Positions 36,081-46,045 are shown, counted from the stretch's first letter. The stretch is 51,818 bases of DNA from Bacteroidota bacterium (GCA_021825235.1 JAKAIL010000001.1:1-51818); one strand, 5' to 3'. Program-made: numbers and translations. The notes: generated by a model from the letters alone, not told the origin.

Positions 36081-36569
36081 ATGAATCAAGAACCAGAATT
36101 CAGAGACCGGGCCGCCTTCCGCATTGTCGGGATCGAACGCTATACCGAAAGTGGCATTCCCGCCATCCGCGAAGCGTGGGCCGAATTCGGCCGCCGCGCG
36201 GGCGAAATCAAGCACGCCCTGAGCGATGCCGCATACGGCATCGAGGATTATTCCCGCCACTTCGATATGAATAAGGGCGGGTTCCCGAAATATTATTACA
36301 TTGCGGGGCTGGAAGTCGATTCGTTTGCGGATATTCCCGATGGAATGACCGGCAAAGAAATCCCCACCGGGCATTACGCCGTCTTCTCGTATAGCGGCCC
36401 GCTGGATGACCTTCACTCCTTTTTCAGTTACATCTATGCTGACTGGATGCCGCACTCGGGCTACTCGATGGATCTTCGGCTTTCGCTCGATTTCGAGTTC
36501 TACCCGGAACGCGTGATGGACATGCACGCCGCGAAGCTGGAGATTTGGGTCCCAGTCATTAAGGAGTAG
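36081..36569 (+). CDS. GyrI-like small-molecule-binding domain protein
   Basis: FRIVGIERYTESGIPAIREAWAEFGRRAGEI...YYIAGLEVDSFADIPDGMTGKEIPTGHYAVFSY.GP...FEFY is the typical GyrI-like/AraC-effector-binding fold pattern. Confidence 0.8.
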   Translation: MNQEPEFRDRAAFRIVGIERYTESGIPAIREAWAEFGRRAGEIKHALSDAAYGIEDYSRHFDMNKGGFPKYYYIAGLEVDSFADIPDGMTGKEIPTGHYAVFSYSGPLDDLHSFFSYIYADWMPHSGYSMDLRLSLDFEFYPERVMDMHAAKLEIWVPVIKE

Positions 36570-36611
36570 TTACAACGTCACAAACATTTAACACTAACCA
36601 AACACAGTATC

Positions 36612-37217
36612 ATGCGAAAACTTGTCGTTTTATCGTTTATATCCTTGGACGGCGTCATGCAGGCACCCGGAGGGCCGGAAGAAGACCGTGATGGCGGCTT
36701 CGCCTACGGCGGCTGGAGCGCGCACTATTGGGATGATTTTTCACATTCCATTATGCTCGAGCAGATGGATCACGATTTCGATCTTTTGCTTGGAAGAAAA
36801 ACGTTCGAAATCTTTGCAGGCTACTGGCCAACACATGGCGGTAACCCGATCGGCGATAGCCTTAATAAAGCAACGAAGTATGTTGCCACGCGCAGCCCGC
36901 TCACACTGGAGTGGGAGAAATCGTTCCGCATCGAAGGCGATTTCGCTGAAGGCGTGCGAAAAATAAAAGCGAGTAATGGCCTGGAACTACAGGTACACGG
37001 CAGCGGCAATATGATTCAAACGCTGCTCAAGAACGACCTCGTCGATGAGCTCTGGCTGAAGTTTCACCCACTGACGCTTGGCAATGGCAAGCGGCTGTTT
37101 GGGGAGGGTACGATTCCGGCGGCCTTCGAACTCACCAAAAGCGCCGTTTCGCCGAAAGGAATTATTTTCGCCAATTACCGTAGGAATGGAGAGGTAAAAA
37201 CAGGAAGTTTCGATTAA
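36612..37217 (+). CDS. dihydrofolate reductase family protein (RibD C-terminal domain type), paralogue of 32501-33157
   Basis: MRKLVVLSFISLDGVMQAPGGPEEDRDGGFAYGGW...LLLGRKTFEIFAGYWP...LQVHGSGNMIQTLLKNDLVDELWLKFHPLTLGNGKRLF. Confidence 0.88.
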   Translation: MRKLVVLSFISLDGVMQAPGGPEEDRDGGFAYGGWSAHYWDDFSHSIMLEQMDHDFDLLLGRKTFEIFAGYWPTHGGNPIGDSLNKATKYVATRSPLTLEWEKSFRIEGDFAEGVRKIKASNGLELQVHGSGNMIQTLLKNDLVDELWLKFHPLTLGNGKRLFGEGTIPAAFELTKSAVSPKGIIFANYRRNGEVKTGSFD

Positions 37218-37306
37218 CACGTGTAGTGGGAAGCTCCCGCTTTCCACACTCGGAAGCTGGAGCTTCCGCGTACACGAAATCATTTCATTTAATCAATACG
37301 AACACG

Positions 37307-37699
37307 ATGAATCCAGTAGTACACTTCGAAATGCCAGCACAGGACCGCAAACGCATGGGCGATTTTTATGCGAACGTCTTTGGTTGGAACATTCAACACT
37401 TAGGACCCGAAATGATGGACTATGTTGTCGTGCACACGGCCGAAACGGACGAGAACAACATGGTAAAGCAACCCGGGGCCATCAACGGCGGGTTTTACCA
37501 GCGTACCGAAGATCCGGCTTTGAATGCGCCATCGGTCGTGATCTCGGTCAATAACATTCGCGACCATATCAAAAAGGTGACGGCTGCCGGCGGCAAAATC
37601 CTTGGGGATGTTATGCCTATTCCGGGAATTGGTGATTGGGTATCCTTCATCGATACCGAAGGGAACCGCGTCAGCATGTTGCAACCGAAAGGAATATAA
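37307..37699 (+). CDS. VOC family protein
   Basis: Start at ATG 37307. VVHFEMPAQDRKRMGDFYANVFGWNIQHLG...GDWVSFIDTEGNRVSMLQP. Confidence 0.85.
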   Translation: MNPVVHFEMPAQDRKRMGDFYANVFGWNIQHLGPEMMDYVVVHTAETDENNMVKQPGAINGGFYQRTEDPALNAPSVVISVNNIRDHIKKVTAAGGKILGDVMPIPGIGDWVSFIDTEGNRVSMLQPKGI

Positions 37700-37742
37700 T
37701 TTTTCAATTTCGTCTAAACATTTATAGAAAGGATAAATCACC

Positions 37743-38162
37743 ATGCGATTCATGGTCATTGTAAAAGCAAATAAGGATTCCGAAGCCGGAGTGCTGCCCA
37801 CCACCGAGCAGTTCGCCGAAATGGGCAAATTCAACGAGGAACTCGTTAAAGCAGGAATCATGCTTGCCGGGGAAGGCCTCCAAGATACCTCGAAAGGAGC
37901 ACGCGTGAAATTTAACGGCAAAAACCGCGAAGTATCCCCAGGCCCATTTAAGCTGACGGGCGATACTATCGCCGGTTATTGGGTCTGGAACTGCAGCTCG
38001 CTCGATGAGGCCATCGAATGGCTGAAGCGAGCGCCTTTCCAGGATGGTGAAGTAGAAATCCGCCAGATCTTCCAAGCTGCCGATTTCGGCGATAGCTTCA
38101 CACCGGAACTTCAGGAGCAGGAAAAACGACTTGGGAAACAAATGGCCGAATACGCAGGATAA
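37743..38162 (+). CDS. YciI family protein
   Basis: MRFMVIVKANKDSEAGVLPTTEQFAEMGKFNEELVKAGIMLAGEGLQ...IAGYWVWNCSSLDEAIEWLKRAPF is the typical YciI/DGPF pattern. Confidence 0.88.
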   Translation: MRFMVIVKANKDSEAGVLPTTEQFAEMGKFNEELVKAGIMLAGEGLQDTSKGARVKFNGKNREVSPGPFKLTGDTIAGYWVWNCSSLDEAIEWLKRAPFQDGEVEIRQIFQAADFGDSFTPELQEQEKRLGKQMAEYAG

Positions 38163-38313
38163 ATTTGCGAAGCATGTCGTCTTTCAGGTTTCCCGGACGT
38201 TCACGGCTCCTATACCGAGTCACCGAATTCCTATTGTTTGTCGATTCTATCGTTGCTTCAGTTATTTGGGGCTGCGATTAAACATCATTCTTGTCAACTA
38301 CACAATTCCAACC

Positions 38314-38739
38314 ATGCCAACACTCAATCCATATCTCAATTTCCCCGGCAATACCGAGGAGGCGTTCAACTTCTACAAGGGCATCTTCGGCGGCGATTTC
38401 GTCACGCTCCAGCGCTTTAGCGATATTCCCGGCGGGGCGGGCGCTCCCGCCGAACATGCCAACGGCGTTATGCACGTCGCGCTCAAGATCGGCAATAACA
38501 CGCTGATGGGAACCGACGCGATCGAATCCATGGGTCATTCGGTGAAGCCGGGCAATTATGCCTCGATGTCAATCGAAGCCGATAGCAAGGAGCAAGCCGA
38601 TCACATCTTCAACGGCCTCTCGACCGGCGCTTCCGACATCATGGCGATGCAGGACCAATTCTGGGGCGCCTACTGGGGCGCGCTCAAGGACAAATACGGA
38701 ATTCCGTGGATGGTGAACTATACCTATCCGAAGAAATAG
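38314..38739 (+). CDS. VOC family protein (PhnB-like single domain)
   Basis: Start at ATG 38314. LNPYLNFPGNTEEAFNFYKGIFGGDF...VMHVALKIGNNTLMGTD...DQFWGAYWGALKDKYGIPWMVNYTYPKK. Confidence 0.85.
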   Translation: MPTLNPYLNFPGNTEEAFNFYKGIFGGDFVTLQRFSDIPGGAGAPAEHANGVMHVALKIGNNTLMGTDAIESMGHSVKPGNYASMSIEADSKEQADHIFNGLSTGASDIMAMQDQFWGAYWGALKDKYGIPWMVNYTYPKK

Positions 38740-38750
38740 GTAAGCACATC

Positions 38751-38820
38751 GTAGCCGTGACCTTCAGGTCACGGCGAGTATCGACACATTTCGCCGTGAC
38801 CTAAAGTTCACGGCTACAAA
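38751..38820. repeat. pair of inverted GCCGTGAC...TCACGGC hairpin repeats
   Basis: GTAGCCGTGACCTTCAGGTCACGGCGAG (38751-38778) contains a perfect 9-bp stem. TTCGCCGTGACCTAAAGTTCACGGCTACAAA (38790-38820) is approximately its reverse complement. Confidence 0.75.
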
Positions 38821-38846
38821 ACCACTGCATCTCTTAAAGGAACGTT

Positions 38847-39728
38847 ATGAAAAACATACAATCATTCATCTGGTTTAACGACCGGGCGGAAGATGCCGCC
38901 GCACACTACACTTCCCCCTTCAAAAATTCCGGGAACGTAAATTCGAACTGGGCGAAAACGCTTAATACCATGCCCAGCACCAACGGCAAGCCGATGGGCG
39001 TAACCATCGAGATCAACGGGCATCAGTTCGTCTTGTTCAATGGCGGGCCGGCGTTTCATCCCACTGCATCGATCTCGTTCAGCGTCTATTGCACGGCGGA
39101 AGCCGAGATCGATAGCATTTGGAAGAAGCTTTCGGATGGCGGTAACGTCCGAATGGAACTTCAGAAATATCCGTTCAGCGAGAAGTACGGGTGGGTCGAA
39201 GATAAATTCGGGGTGAACTGGCAGCTTTCGCTTTCCAAAGAAGTTCGGCCGGTGACGCCGTCGTTTCTCTTCAGCGGCGCTCAGCAAGGCAACGCGGAGA
39301 AGGCCGTGAACTTCTGGACAAAGCAGTTCCCAAATTCCAGCGTTGGATTTGCGGCGAAATATGAGAAAGGCCACGAATTTGAAGGGCAGATCATGTTCTC
39401 CACGTTCACGCTGAACGGGCAGTCGTTCAACGCGATGGATGCGGGACGCCCGATGGACATTCCATTCACAGAAGGCATTTCGATGTTCGTCAATTGCGAA
39501 AACCAGCAGGAGGTCGATCGCTTTTGGAACGGGCTCTCAGAGGAGGGACAGACGAGCCAGTGCGGCTGGCTGAAAGATCCCTTCGGTGTTTCGTGGCAGA
39601 TCGTTCCCACGGCGCTGGGCCGCCTCATGGGAGACAAAGATCGTGACAAAGCCGGCCGCGTCTTCCAGGCGATGATGAAGATGACAAAGCTCGATGTCGC
39701 GAAATTAGAAGAGGCGTATGCGGGGTAA
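38847..39728 (+). CDS. two-domain VOC family protein (3-demethylubiquinone-9 3-methyltransferase/PhnB-like fold)
   Basis: The first module has FIWFNDRAEDAAAHYTS...FVLFNGGP...EKYGWVEDKFGVNWQL. The second module has MFSTFTLNGQSFNAMD...CGWLKDPFGVSWQIVP. Confidence 0.82.
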   Translation: MKNIQSFIWFNDRAEDAAAHYTSPFKNSGNVNSNWAKTLNTMPSTNGKPMGVTIEINGHQFVLFNGGPAFHPTASISFSVYCTAEAEIDSIWKKLSDGGNVRMELQKYPFSEKYGWVEDKFGVNWQLSLSKEVRPVTPSFLFSGAQQGNAEKAVNFWTKQFPNSSVGFAAKYEKGHEFEGQIMFSTFTLNGQSFNAMDAGRPMDIPFTEGISMFVNCENQQEVDRFWNGLSEEGQTSQCGWLKDPFGVSWQIVPTALGRLMGDKDRDKAGRVFQAMMKMTKLDVAKLEEAYAG

Positions 39729-39803
39729 GTGTGGCATTCGAAATGCCCGCACTCAGTGACCCGAGGTCTCCGCGTTCGTTCGAAGATGACTTGCGTGCAT
39801 ACA

Positions 39804-39834
39804 TTCGCCGTGAATTAAAAGTCACGGCTACAAA
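39804..39834. repeat. third copy of the GCCGTGA...TCACGGCTACAAA hairpin repeat
   Basis: TTCGCCGTGAATTAAAAGTCACGGCTACAAA versus 38790-38820 gives about 27/31 identical by hand. It sits 17 nt upstream of the next VOC gene. Confidence 0.7.
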
Positions 39835-39851
39835 CTTTAACTATAACATCC

Positions 39852-40283
39852 ATGGCAACACCCAATCCAAATCTTTACTTTTTTGGCGACGCCGAAGAGG
39901 CATTCAACTTTTACAAATCTGTTTTTGGTGGCGAATTCAAAAGCTTCATGCGTTTTGGCGATATGCCGGGCGGCGATAAAATGAGCGCCGAAGATAGACC
40001 GAAGGTCGCGCATGTCGAGCTTCCCATTGGCAACAATAATGTCCTCATGGGGAACGATGTTCCCAGCTTTCTGGGGAAGATCGAGGCGGGCCGGGGCTTC
40101 GCGATCGAGCTCGAGTGCGAAAGCAAAGAGGAAGCGAAAACGCTTTACTACGCGCTTGCCGAAGGTGGCGAGGAGGATCCGCACATGCCACTCGGCGATG
40201 CCTTCTGGGGTTCTTATTACGGCCAGCTTACCGATAAGTTCGGCGTTCGATGGATGGTGAATTATACCTATCCAAAGAAGTAA
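39852..40283 (+). CDS. VOC family protein, paralogue of 38314-38739
   Basis: PNPNLYFFGDAEEAFNFYKSVFGGEF...VAHVELPIGNNNVLMGND...DAFWGSYYGQLTDKFGVRWMVNYTYPKK. It has the same WMVNYTYPKK ending as the paralogue. Confidence 0.88.
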   Translation: MATPNPNLYFFGDAEEAFNFYKSVFGGEFKSFMRFGDMPGGDKMSAEDRPKVAHVELPIGNNNVLMGNDVPSFLGKIEAGRGFAIELECESKEEAKTLYYALAEGGEEDPHMPLGDAFWGSYYGQLTDKFGVRWMVNYTYPKK

Positions 40284-40330
40284 CTAAAGTACTGGATTGC
40301 ACAATTTGAACCGCGCCCCATCTCCGGAAA

Positions 40331-40355
40331 AAGCTCTCTCCATTCGAGAGAGCTT
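40331..40355. terminator. hairpin terminator between convergent VOC gene and secA
   Basis: AAGCTCTCTC - CATTC - GAGAGAGCTT forms a perfect 10-bp stem, flanked by an A-run on the left and TTCG on the right. Confidence 0.6.
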
Positions 40356-40367
40356 TCGCAATCGATA

Positions 40368-43300
40368 TTATTGTCCCGCCCCATGGCAATTCTTATATTT
40401 CTTGCCACTGCCGCAGGGACAGGGATCGTTTCGGCCAACTTTGGGGCCAGTGCGAACGGTTTGAGGAACCGGGCGCGGAGGCGGAATATCCGATGGCCCA
40501 TTGCCCTGAATGCTGGAGCCGGCTGCGGCCTTCGAAGCAACGCCCTGGCTTCGGCGCGCGGGCGCGTTCGGCATCATACGCCGGCCACCCGCTTGTGCAG
40601 GAACCATCTGGCCTGTGCGCTGATCCTGCACCATCGGATACAGCTTGAAGGCCAGTTCCAAAACGCCATCGCGGACGAGCGTAAGGAGTTCCTCGAACAT
40701 GCGGTAGCCTTCCTGCTTGTACTCCACCAGCGGGTCCTTTTGCCCATACGCACGCAAGCCGATACCCTCTTTTAGCTCGTCCATCTCACGGAGATGATCC
40801 CGCCATTTTTCGTCGATTACTCGGAGCGACGCGAAGCGTTCGAGCTGCGCCATGTTTTCCGAGCTAAGTTGCTCTTCCTTGCGGTTATAGAACTGCTTTG
40901 CTTCCTCGAGTAATTTTTCGGTAACGCCATCTTCGCCGATTTGTGCAAATTCCTCGCGCGTCATTTGGGCATCGACCATGAAGCGCGTCCGGCATTCATC
41001 CTGGAGCTTTTCCATTTCACCGGTGTGATAATAGACCGCGGTTAGCTCCTTGATTGCCTGTTCGAGATATTCGAAAATTTCGTCCTTAAGACGTTCACCA
41101 TACAGGGCTTCCCGCCGGCGTTCGTAGATAACCTCGCGCTGCGAGTTCATCACGTCATCGTAATCGAGGAGCCGTTTGCGCGTAGCGAAATTATTTTCTT
41201 CGACCTTCTTTTGCGCTCGCTCCACGGACTTCGTTATCATCGAATGCTTGATGACCTCCCCTTCCTGAAGTCCAAGCTTTTGCATGATGCCGGCAATCCG
41301 ATCGGAGCCGAACAGCCGCATCAGGTCATCTTCGAGCGAGAGATAAAATTGCGAGGAACCCGGATCGCCCTGGCGCCCAGCACGACCGCGTAGCTGGCGG
41401 TCGATACGGCGAGACTCATGTCGTTCGGTACCCAGAATGTGTAACCCGCCTGCTTCACGCACGCCAGTGCCCAGCTTGATGTCCGTGCCGCGGCCAGCCA
41501 TGTTGGTGGCGATGGTTACGGAACCAGCCAAACCGGCATGGGATACAATTTCCGCTTCACGGGCATGTTGTTTTGCATTGAGCACATTGTGCGGTACGCC
41601 GATGCGCTTCAGCAGCTTCGAGATGGTCTCGGAAACCTCTACACTCGTGGTTCCTACCAGCACGGGTCTTCCTTCATTCCGGAGTTGCTGAATTTCCTCG
41701 ATGACCGCATTGAATTTCTCGCGTTTCGTCCGATAGACCATATCGTCACGATCATCGCGAACCACGGGAACGTTCGTTGGAATGACCACGACATCCAGTT
41801 TATATATTTGGAAGAATTCGCTGGCCTCGGTTTCCGCCGTGCCCGTCATTCCAGCTAATTTCTTGTAAAGCCGGAAATAGTTTTGGAGCGTGATCGTCGC
41901 GAGTGTTTGGGTATCGCGCTCAACGGTCACATTTTCCTTTGCCTCGATCGCCTGGTGCAAACCTTCCGAATAGCGGCGGCCGGCGAGAATACGTCCCGTA
42001 AACTCATCGACAATGAGAACTTTGCCTTCCTGGACCACATAGTCCACGTCCTTCTCATAGAGCGAATAGGCCCGCAGGAGCTGGGAAATCGTGTGGAGAC
42101 GATCGGAGCGATCTGCGTACAGCACATGGATCGCATCCTTTCTGGCGCGGCGTTCCTCTTCCGGCAGTCCCTCCAATTCCGATAACTCGGTAGTTATATC
42201 CGGTAGAATGAAAAGGTCCTTATCTCCACCGGCGGCCAGAAAGTCGCGGCCCTTATCGGTCAGGTCAATATTGTGGTTCTTCTCTTCGACGATAAAGTAG
42301 AGTGGATCGTCCACCAGGTGCATATTGCGCGATTGGTCGCGCATGAACTCGAGCTCGGTCTGCTGCTGTAATTTCAGGAGTTCTCCATCGGCGGTGAGCT
42401 TCAGCAGTCGTTTGTTCTTCGGCATGCCGTGGTTCACACGGACTAACTGCTCACCGGCCTGCTTGCGCTTGGCGTCGTCACCGGATTTTAGCAACTCCTC
42501 GGCTTCGGTCATGAAGCTGGCACAGAGCGATTTCTGCGCATTGACCAGCCGCTCCACGATGGGCTTCATCTCATCGAACTTATGCTCCGTGCTCTCGACC
42601 GGACCGGAAATGATGAGTGGTGTCCGCGCTTCATCGATCAGCACGGAATCCACTTCGTCCACCACGGCAAAATAGTGTGGCCGCTGGACCATCTCTTCGG
42701 CATTCTGCACCATATTATCGCGCAGGTAGTCGAAGCCGAATTCGTTATTCGTGCCGTAGGTAATGTCCGCATTGTAGGCCGGTTTCCGTTCCCACGGCTG
42801 CATGGATTGCAGAATAACACCAACGGTAAGCCCCAGAAACTCATAGACCTTCCCCATCCACTGAGCATCGCGCTGGGCAAGATAATCGTTGACCGTCACA
42901 AGATGAACGCCCCGACCGGCCAGTGCATTGAGATAGACTGGCATCGTCGCCACAAGCGTTTTTCCTTCACCCGTCGCCATCTCGGCGATCTTCCCCTGAT
43001 GCAGCACGGCACCGCCGATAAGCTGCACATCGAACGGGACCATATCCCACTTGATCTGCTGGCCGGCAACGGTGAAAGTCTGCCCCACGAGGCGGCGGCA
43101 GGCGTCTTTCACAACGGCGAAGGCTTCCGGCAAAAGCTCGTCGAGCACTTCCTTCGTGACCTCGTCAAGTTCCTTGCCAATCTCACCCAATCGGTCGATA
43201 ATCTGCTCTCGCTCTATGTGCGGAACATCTTCTTTGAGCCGCTCGCGAAGCTCTTTCGCTTCCTCTTCGAGTTCACCGGTAACTTCCTTAATACGGGCAC

Positions 43301-43448
43301 GGAACTCCTCCGTCTTCCCACGAAGCTCTTCATCCGAAAGGTCATGCAGCGTTTCGTAGATCTCATTGATCTCATCCACGACGGGCAGAAGCGCCTCAAC
43401 GTCCTTCTCCCTTTTGGAGCCAAAAATTTTCTCTAGGTACTTTAACAT
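40368..43448 (-). CDS. secA: preprotein translocase ATPase SecA
   Basis: 1026 aa. [11 protein letters not shown]..., the DEAD motor motifs ([48 protein letters not shown]) and the C-terminal zinc finger [14 protein letters not shown]. Confidence 0.98.
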   Translation of the reverse strand: MLKYLEKIFGSKREKDVEALLPVVDEINEIYETLHDLSDEELRGKTEEFRARIKEVTGELEEEAKELRERLKEDVPHIEREQIIDRLGEIGKELDEVTKEVLDELLPEAFAVVKDACRRLVGQTFTVAGQQIKWDMVPFDVQLIGGAVLHQGKIAEMATGEGKTLVATMPVYLNALAGRGVHLVTVNDYLAQRDAQWMGKVYEFLGLTVGVILQSMQPWERKPAYNADITYGTNNEFGFDYLRDNMVQNAEEMVQRPHYFAVVDEVDSVLIDEARTPLIISGPVESTEHKFDEMKPIVERLVNAQKSLCASFMTEAEELLKSGDDAKRKQAGEQLVRVNHGMPKNKRLLKLTADGELLKLQQQTELEFMRDQSRNMHLVDDPLYFIVEEKNHNIDLTDKGRDFLAAGGDKDLFILPDITTELSELEGLPEEERRARKDAIHVLYADRSDRLHTISQLLRAYSLYEKDVDYVVQEGKVLIVDEFTGRILAGRRYSEGLHQAIEAKENVTVERDTQTLATITLQNYFRLYKKLAGMTGTAETEASEFFQIYKLDVVVIPTNVPVVRDDRDDMVYRTKREKFNAVIEEIQQLRNEGRPVLVGTTSVEVSETISKLLKRIGVPHNVLNAKQHAREAEIVSHAGLAGSVTIATNMAGRGTDIKLGTGVREAGGLHILGTERHESRRIDRQLRGRAGRQGDPGSSQFYLSLEDDLMRLFGSDRIAGIMQKLGLQEGEVIKHSMITKSVERAQKKVEENNFATRKRLLDYDDVMNSQREVIYERRREALYGERLKDEIFEYLEQAIKELTAVYYHTGEMEKLQDECRTRFMVDAQMTREEFAQIGEDGVTEKLLEEAKQFYNRKEEQLSSENMAQLERFASLRVIDEKWRDHLREMDELKEGIGLRAYGQKDPLVEYKQEGYRMFEELLTLVRDGVLELAFKLYPMVQDQRTGQMVPAQAGGRRMMPNAPARRSQGVASKAAAGSSIQGNGPSDIPPPRPVPQTVRTGPKVGRNDPCPCGSGKKYKNCHGAGQ

Positions 43449-43625
43449 TCGAGTTTCTCTTTACGAACAGCCGCTAAGGTCAATAATGACAAGGGGTTAA
43501 AGAACGGGTCACGAAGGGACCTTACCAGCCTGAACCAACCGATAACGCTAAAACGAACGCAATCCTTCCGGGTTTCGAAACCCGAAATTTGGCAGCTAGA
43601 ACGCGGGCGAGTAGAAATGCAGGCC

Positions 43626-43904
43626 TTACCGCTGGTTAAACTCGTGCCCCATCTTCAGGCGCTCGCTCGTGCATTTTGCTAACTCATAGAGGTATTCAGG
43701 GGCAAAATCTGTCCCATTCGGCCACTCGACCGTATGCGTATCGGGATTGGCAATCGCTCACCGGAAAAGGTCCGGATTTTTGAGCCGGCCAAAAAGAGGC
43801 CCATAAAGCTCGCCTTCGAGGTCCACTACGGCAGAAAGACCATCAGAAAAGAGAATCTCCAGCTTATAGTCCGAAATGTACCGAACAGATTTTGCAGATT
43901 CCAT
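43626..43904 (-). pseudogene. DUF2442 family gene with an in-frame TGA
   Basis: The minus-strand translation is MESAKSVRYISDYKLEILFSDGLSAVVDLEGELYGPLFGRLKNPDLFR*AIANPDTHTVEWPNGTDFAPEYLYELAK... The stop is at 43758-43760. Both halves match the DUF2442 pattern (L.FsDG...vDl...F..L.dp..F....vd...gTv.WPNG.D..PE.LY). Confidence 0.7.
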
Positions 43905-43906
43905 AA

Positions 43907-44166
43907 TTATTCCAGTGGTGCAATCTTTTTAAGTTCACCTTCTGCCTTAATTGCAGCCCAGTTTGCCAGAAGCTCCTGCTGATGCTCTTTCGCCACTGCC
44001 GGACTAACGATATGGCGTTCTTCGGAAGTTTCCCTTCGATAATGTTCAAATTCTTTATCGAGAATTTCGCCGCCTTCTCGCCATACCATGCATGAAAATG
44101 TGGCGGATTGTGATCACGAAAGTGCATCGTAATCACAATTCCATAAAATCGGCTAATTTCTGGTAT
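43907..44166 (-). pseudogene. DUF4160 family gene with a frameshift and no canonical start codon
   Basis: Frame A reads (PEISRFYGIVIT)MHFRDHNPPHFHAWYGEKAAKFSIKNLNIIEGKLPKNAISLVRQW. Frame B continues AKEHQQELLANWAAIKAEGELKKIAPLE*. The frames join if one G is added at the GG run around 43993. The conserved N-terminus extends upstream to an ATA codon at 44164-44166 where ATG is expected. Confidence 0.7.
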
Positions 44167-45281
44167 TATTTTATATACTTATGGCTATCCTCCCATTTCA
44201 TCCCAAAGGCATCGGCCACGCCCTGATAGACGATGGTTCCGTCAATGACATTCAGGCCAAGCCGTAATTCCCGGTTCGAGGAGATGGCCTTCTCGTAGCC
44301 ATGGTTCGCAAGCTCGATTGCATAAGGCAGCGTAGCATTGGTTAAGGCGATGGTGGAAGTCATCGGAACCGCGCCGGGCATATTGGCCACGCAATAGTGG
44401 ACTACGCCGTCAATTACGAAGGTCGGGTTCTCGTGCGTTGTGGGACGGCAGGTCTCGATGCAGCCGCCCTGGTCCACCGACACGTCCACCACCACCGAGC
44501 CTTCCTTCATGTCCTTCAGCATCTCGCGGGTTACCAAATGCGGCGCCTTCGCGCCGGGAATTAAAACCGCCCCGACCACCAAATCCGCATGACGAATCAC
44601 CTTCCGGACATTATACGGGTTGGACATCATCGTCGTCACATTCTTCGGCATCACGTCGTCCAAATAGCGGAGGCGGTAAAGGTTCGAATCGAGTATAGTT
44701 ACCCGTGCGCCGAGGCCGGCGGCGATCTTCGCCGCGTTGGTCCCCACCACGCCACCGCCGAGGACGACCACATGCCCCGGATCGGTTCCCGGAACGCCGG
44801 CCAAGAGCACGCCGCGGCCACCCATCGTCTTCTCTAAGTATTTCGCGCCTTCCTGAGGAGCCATACGGCCTGCCACCTCCGACATCGGAATGAGTAGCGG
44901 CAGCGAATTATCGGCACGCTGGACCGTCTCGTAGGCTATTGCAATGGATTTTGATTTTACGATCGCATCCGTCAGTTCCCGGCTGGCGGCGAAGTGGAAA
45001 TAGGTGAAGAGCACCTGCCCTTTGCGGATAAGGTCATACTCCTGCCGGATCGGCTCCTTCACCTTCATTATCATCTCCGCCGCGCCATAAACGGACGCGG
45101 CATCCGCGAGGAGTTCCGCCCCGGCTGCGAGATAGTCCTCGTTCCGGAAGCCGGAACCGTTCCCGGCATTCGTCTCGACATACACCGTATGTCCCTGCGC
45201 CTTCAGGATTTCCGCGCCGCTCGGCGTGAGCGCCACGCGGTTCTCGTTCTGCTTAATTTCTTTTGGTACGCCTATTTTCAT
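44166..45281 (-). CDS. ald: alanine dehydrogenase
   Basis: MKIGVPKEIKQNENRVALTPSGA..., the NAD site VVVLGGGVVGTNAAKIAAGLGARVTILD, and a length of 371 aa. Confidence 0.96.
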   Translation of the reverse strand: MKIGVPKEIKQNENRVALTPSGAEILKAQGHTVYVETNAGNGSGFRNEDYLAAGAELLADAASVYGAAEMIMKVKEPIRQEYDLIRKGQVLFTYFHFAASRELTDAIVKSKSIAIAYETVQRADNSLPLLIPMSEVAGRMAPQEGAKYLEKTMGGRGVLLAGVPGTDPGHVVVLGGGVVGTNAAKIAAGLGARVTILDSNLYRLRYLDDVMPKNVTTMMSNPYNVRKVIRHADLVVGAVLIPGAKAPHLVTREMLKDMKEGSVVVDVSVDQGGCIETCRPTTHENPTFVIDGVVHYCVANMPGAVPMTSTIALTNATLPYAIELANHGYEKAISSNRELRLGLNVIDGTIVYQGVADAFGMKWEDSHKYIK

Positions 45282-45501
45282 CGGTCAAGAGTAAAAGTTT
45301 ATGGTTGCCCCGATTTGGGGAGCACCGTAAACATTCTCGTCCCCGGTTTTGTCCGAAAAATGTTGCCTCCAGATTTTGCCGAGCCAGTGGTTTTGTGTGT
45401 TTGTTCTTTTCATATTCATCGAAACTGGCCCATTCGTTCAAAAATCGAAAAGCCTTCATGAATTATTCATGAAGCAATCCATTCCTTAGTTGTCAATTAA
45501 C

Positions 45502-46045
45502 AATAGGTGCCCATAAGCACATCTGCAATATAACACACCATTGTCCCTCTTGTTACAAACTTGCGAAAGATTTAATATTACGGGCACCAGTTTTCTAAAT
45601 GATGAATTTGGGATGATGAATGGTGAAACGGGCCAGCGAAGAATATCCCCTGCTCTCATGCTGCGCGGAGTTCGCTGAAGCAAAGCGGAAGCGAACGGAG
45701 TCGAAGCATCCTTTGCCAGGAATTCCACGCGTAGGGAAGTGCTTCCAGCTTCCCTTTTCCGGGAACAAACCATAGGTGCCCAAAATGTTTAAACGGATTC
45801 GAACGAATCTTCGGGATGCCACCAAACCATCCCAAACATTCCACGCATTCCACCCATCCCAGTTCAGACCACCCGAGGCCTGATGGCCGGAACCGACCGC
45901 GCCGAATACCCCGATCTCTCCCTCGGCCAGGGAATCCGCCGCGGCGGACGATGGTGGAGGACGTGAGCGGGGAACAGGAGAGGAAATTCCGGGTGCCAGG
46001 TCTGAAAATGTTGTATATTAGTAGATAAGTTGATGGGCACCTATT
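45502..46045. repeat. three copies of an ATAGGTGCCCA motif (two direct, one inverted) in a long non-coding region
   Basis: AATAGGTGCCCAT at 45502-45514, ATAGGTGCCCA at 45772-45782, and ATGGGCACCTATT at 46033-46045, which is the exact reverse complement of the first. Confidence 0.75.
45883..46028 (+). pseudogene. degenerate, frame-broken copy of the 46-codon ORF at 47386-47526
   Basis: Block 1 (45901-45934) is 34/34 identical to 47437-47470. Block 2 (45950-45985) differs from 47484-47517 at only three positions, all third-codon synonymous in the MVEDVSGEQER frame. The two blocks are in different frames here because the linker is 1 nt longer. Confidence 0.55.

Noticed and set aside
42582-43436. 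284-aa plus-strand ORF, and several other ORFs, inside secA.
   Set aside because: They are antisense to secA, which has every canonical motif. No independent start context or domain was found.
43758-43760. TGA recoding (selenocysteine or an alternative genetic code) to explain the in-frame TGA codons at 43758 and 7179.
   Set aside because: TGA clearly terminates well-supported genes in this window, for example the ICMT-family gene at 30143-30145 and the Phd-like gene at 30513-30515. I noticed no SECIS-like hairpin. The DUF2442 partner gene is also damaged.
45785-45812. tRNA-like word GGATTCGAACGAATC in the long intergenic region.
   Set aside because: No acceptor stem, anticodon arm or D-arm can be built around it. 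I found no tRNA gene anywhere in the window.
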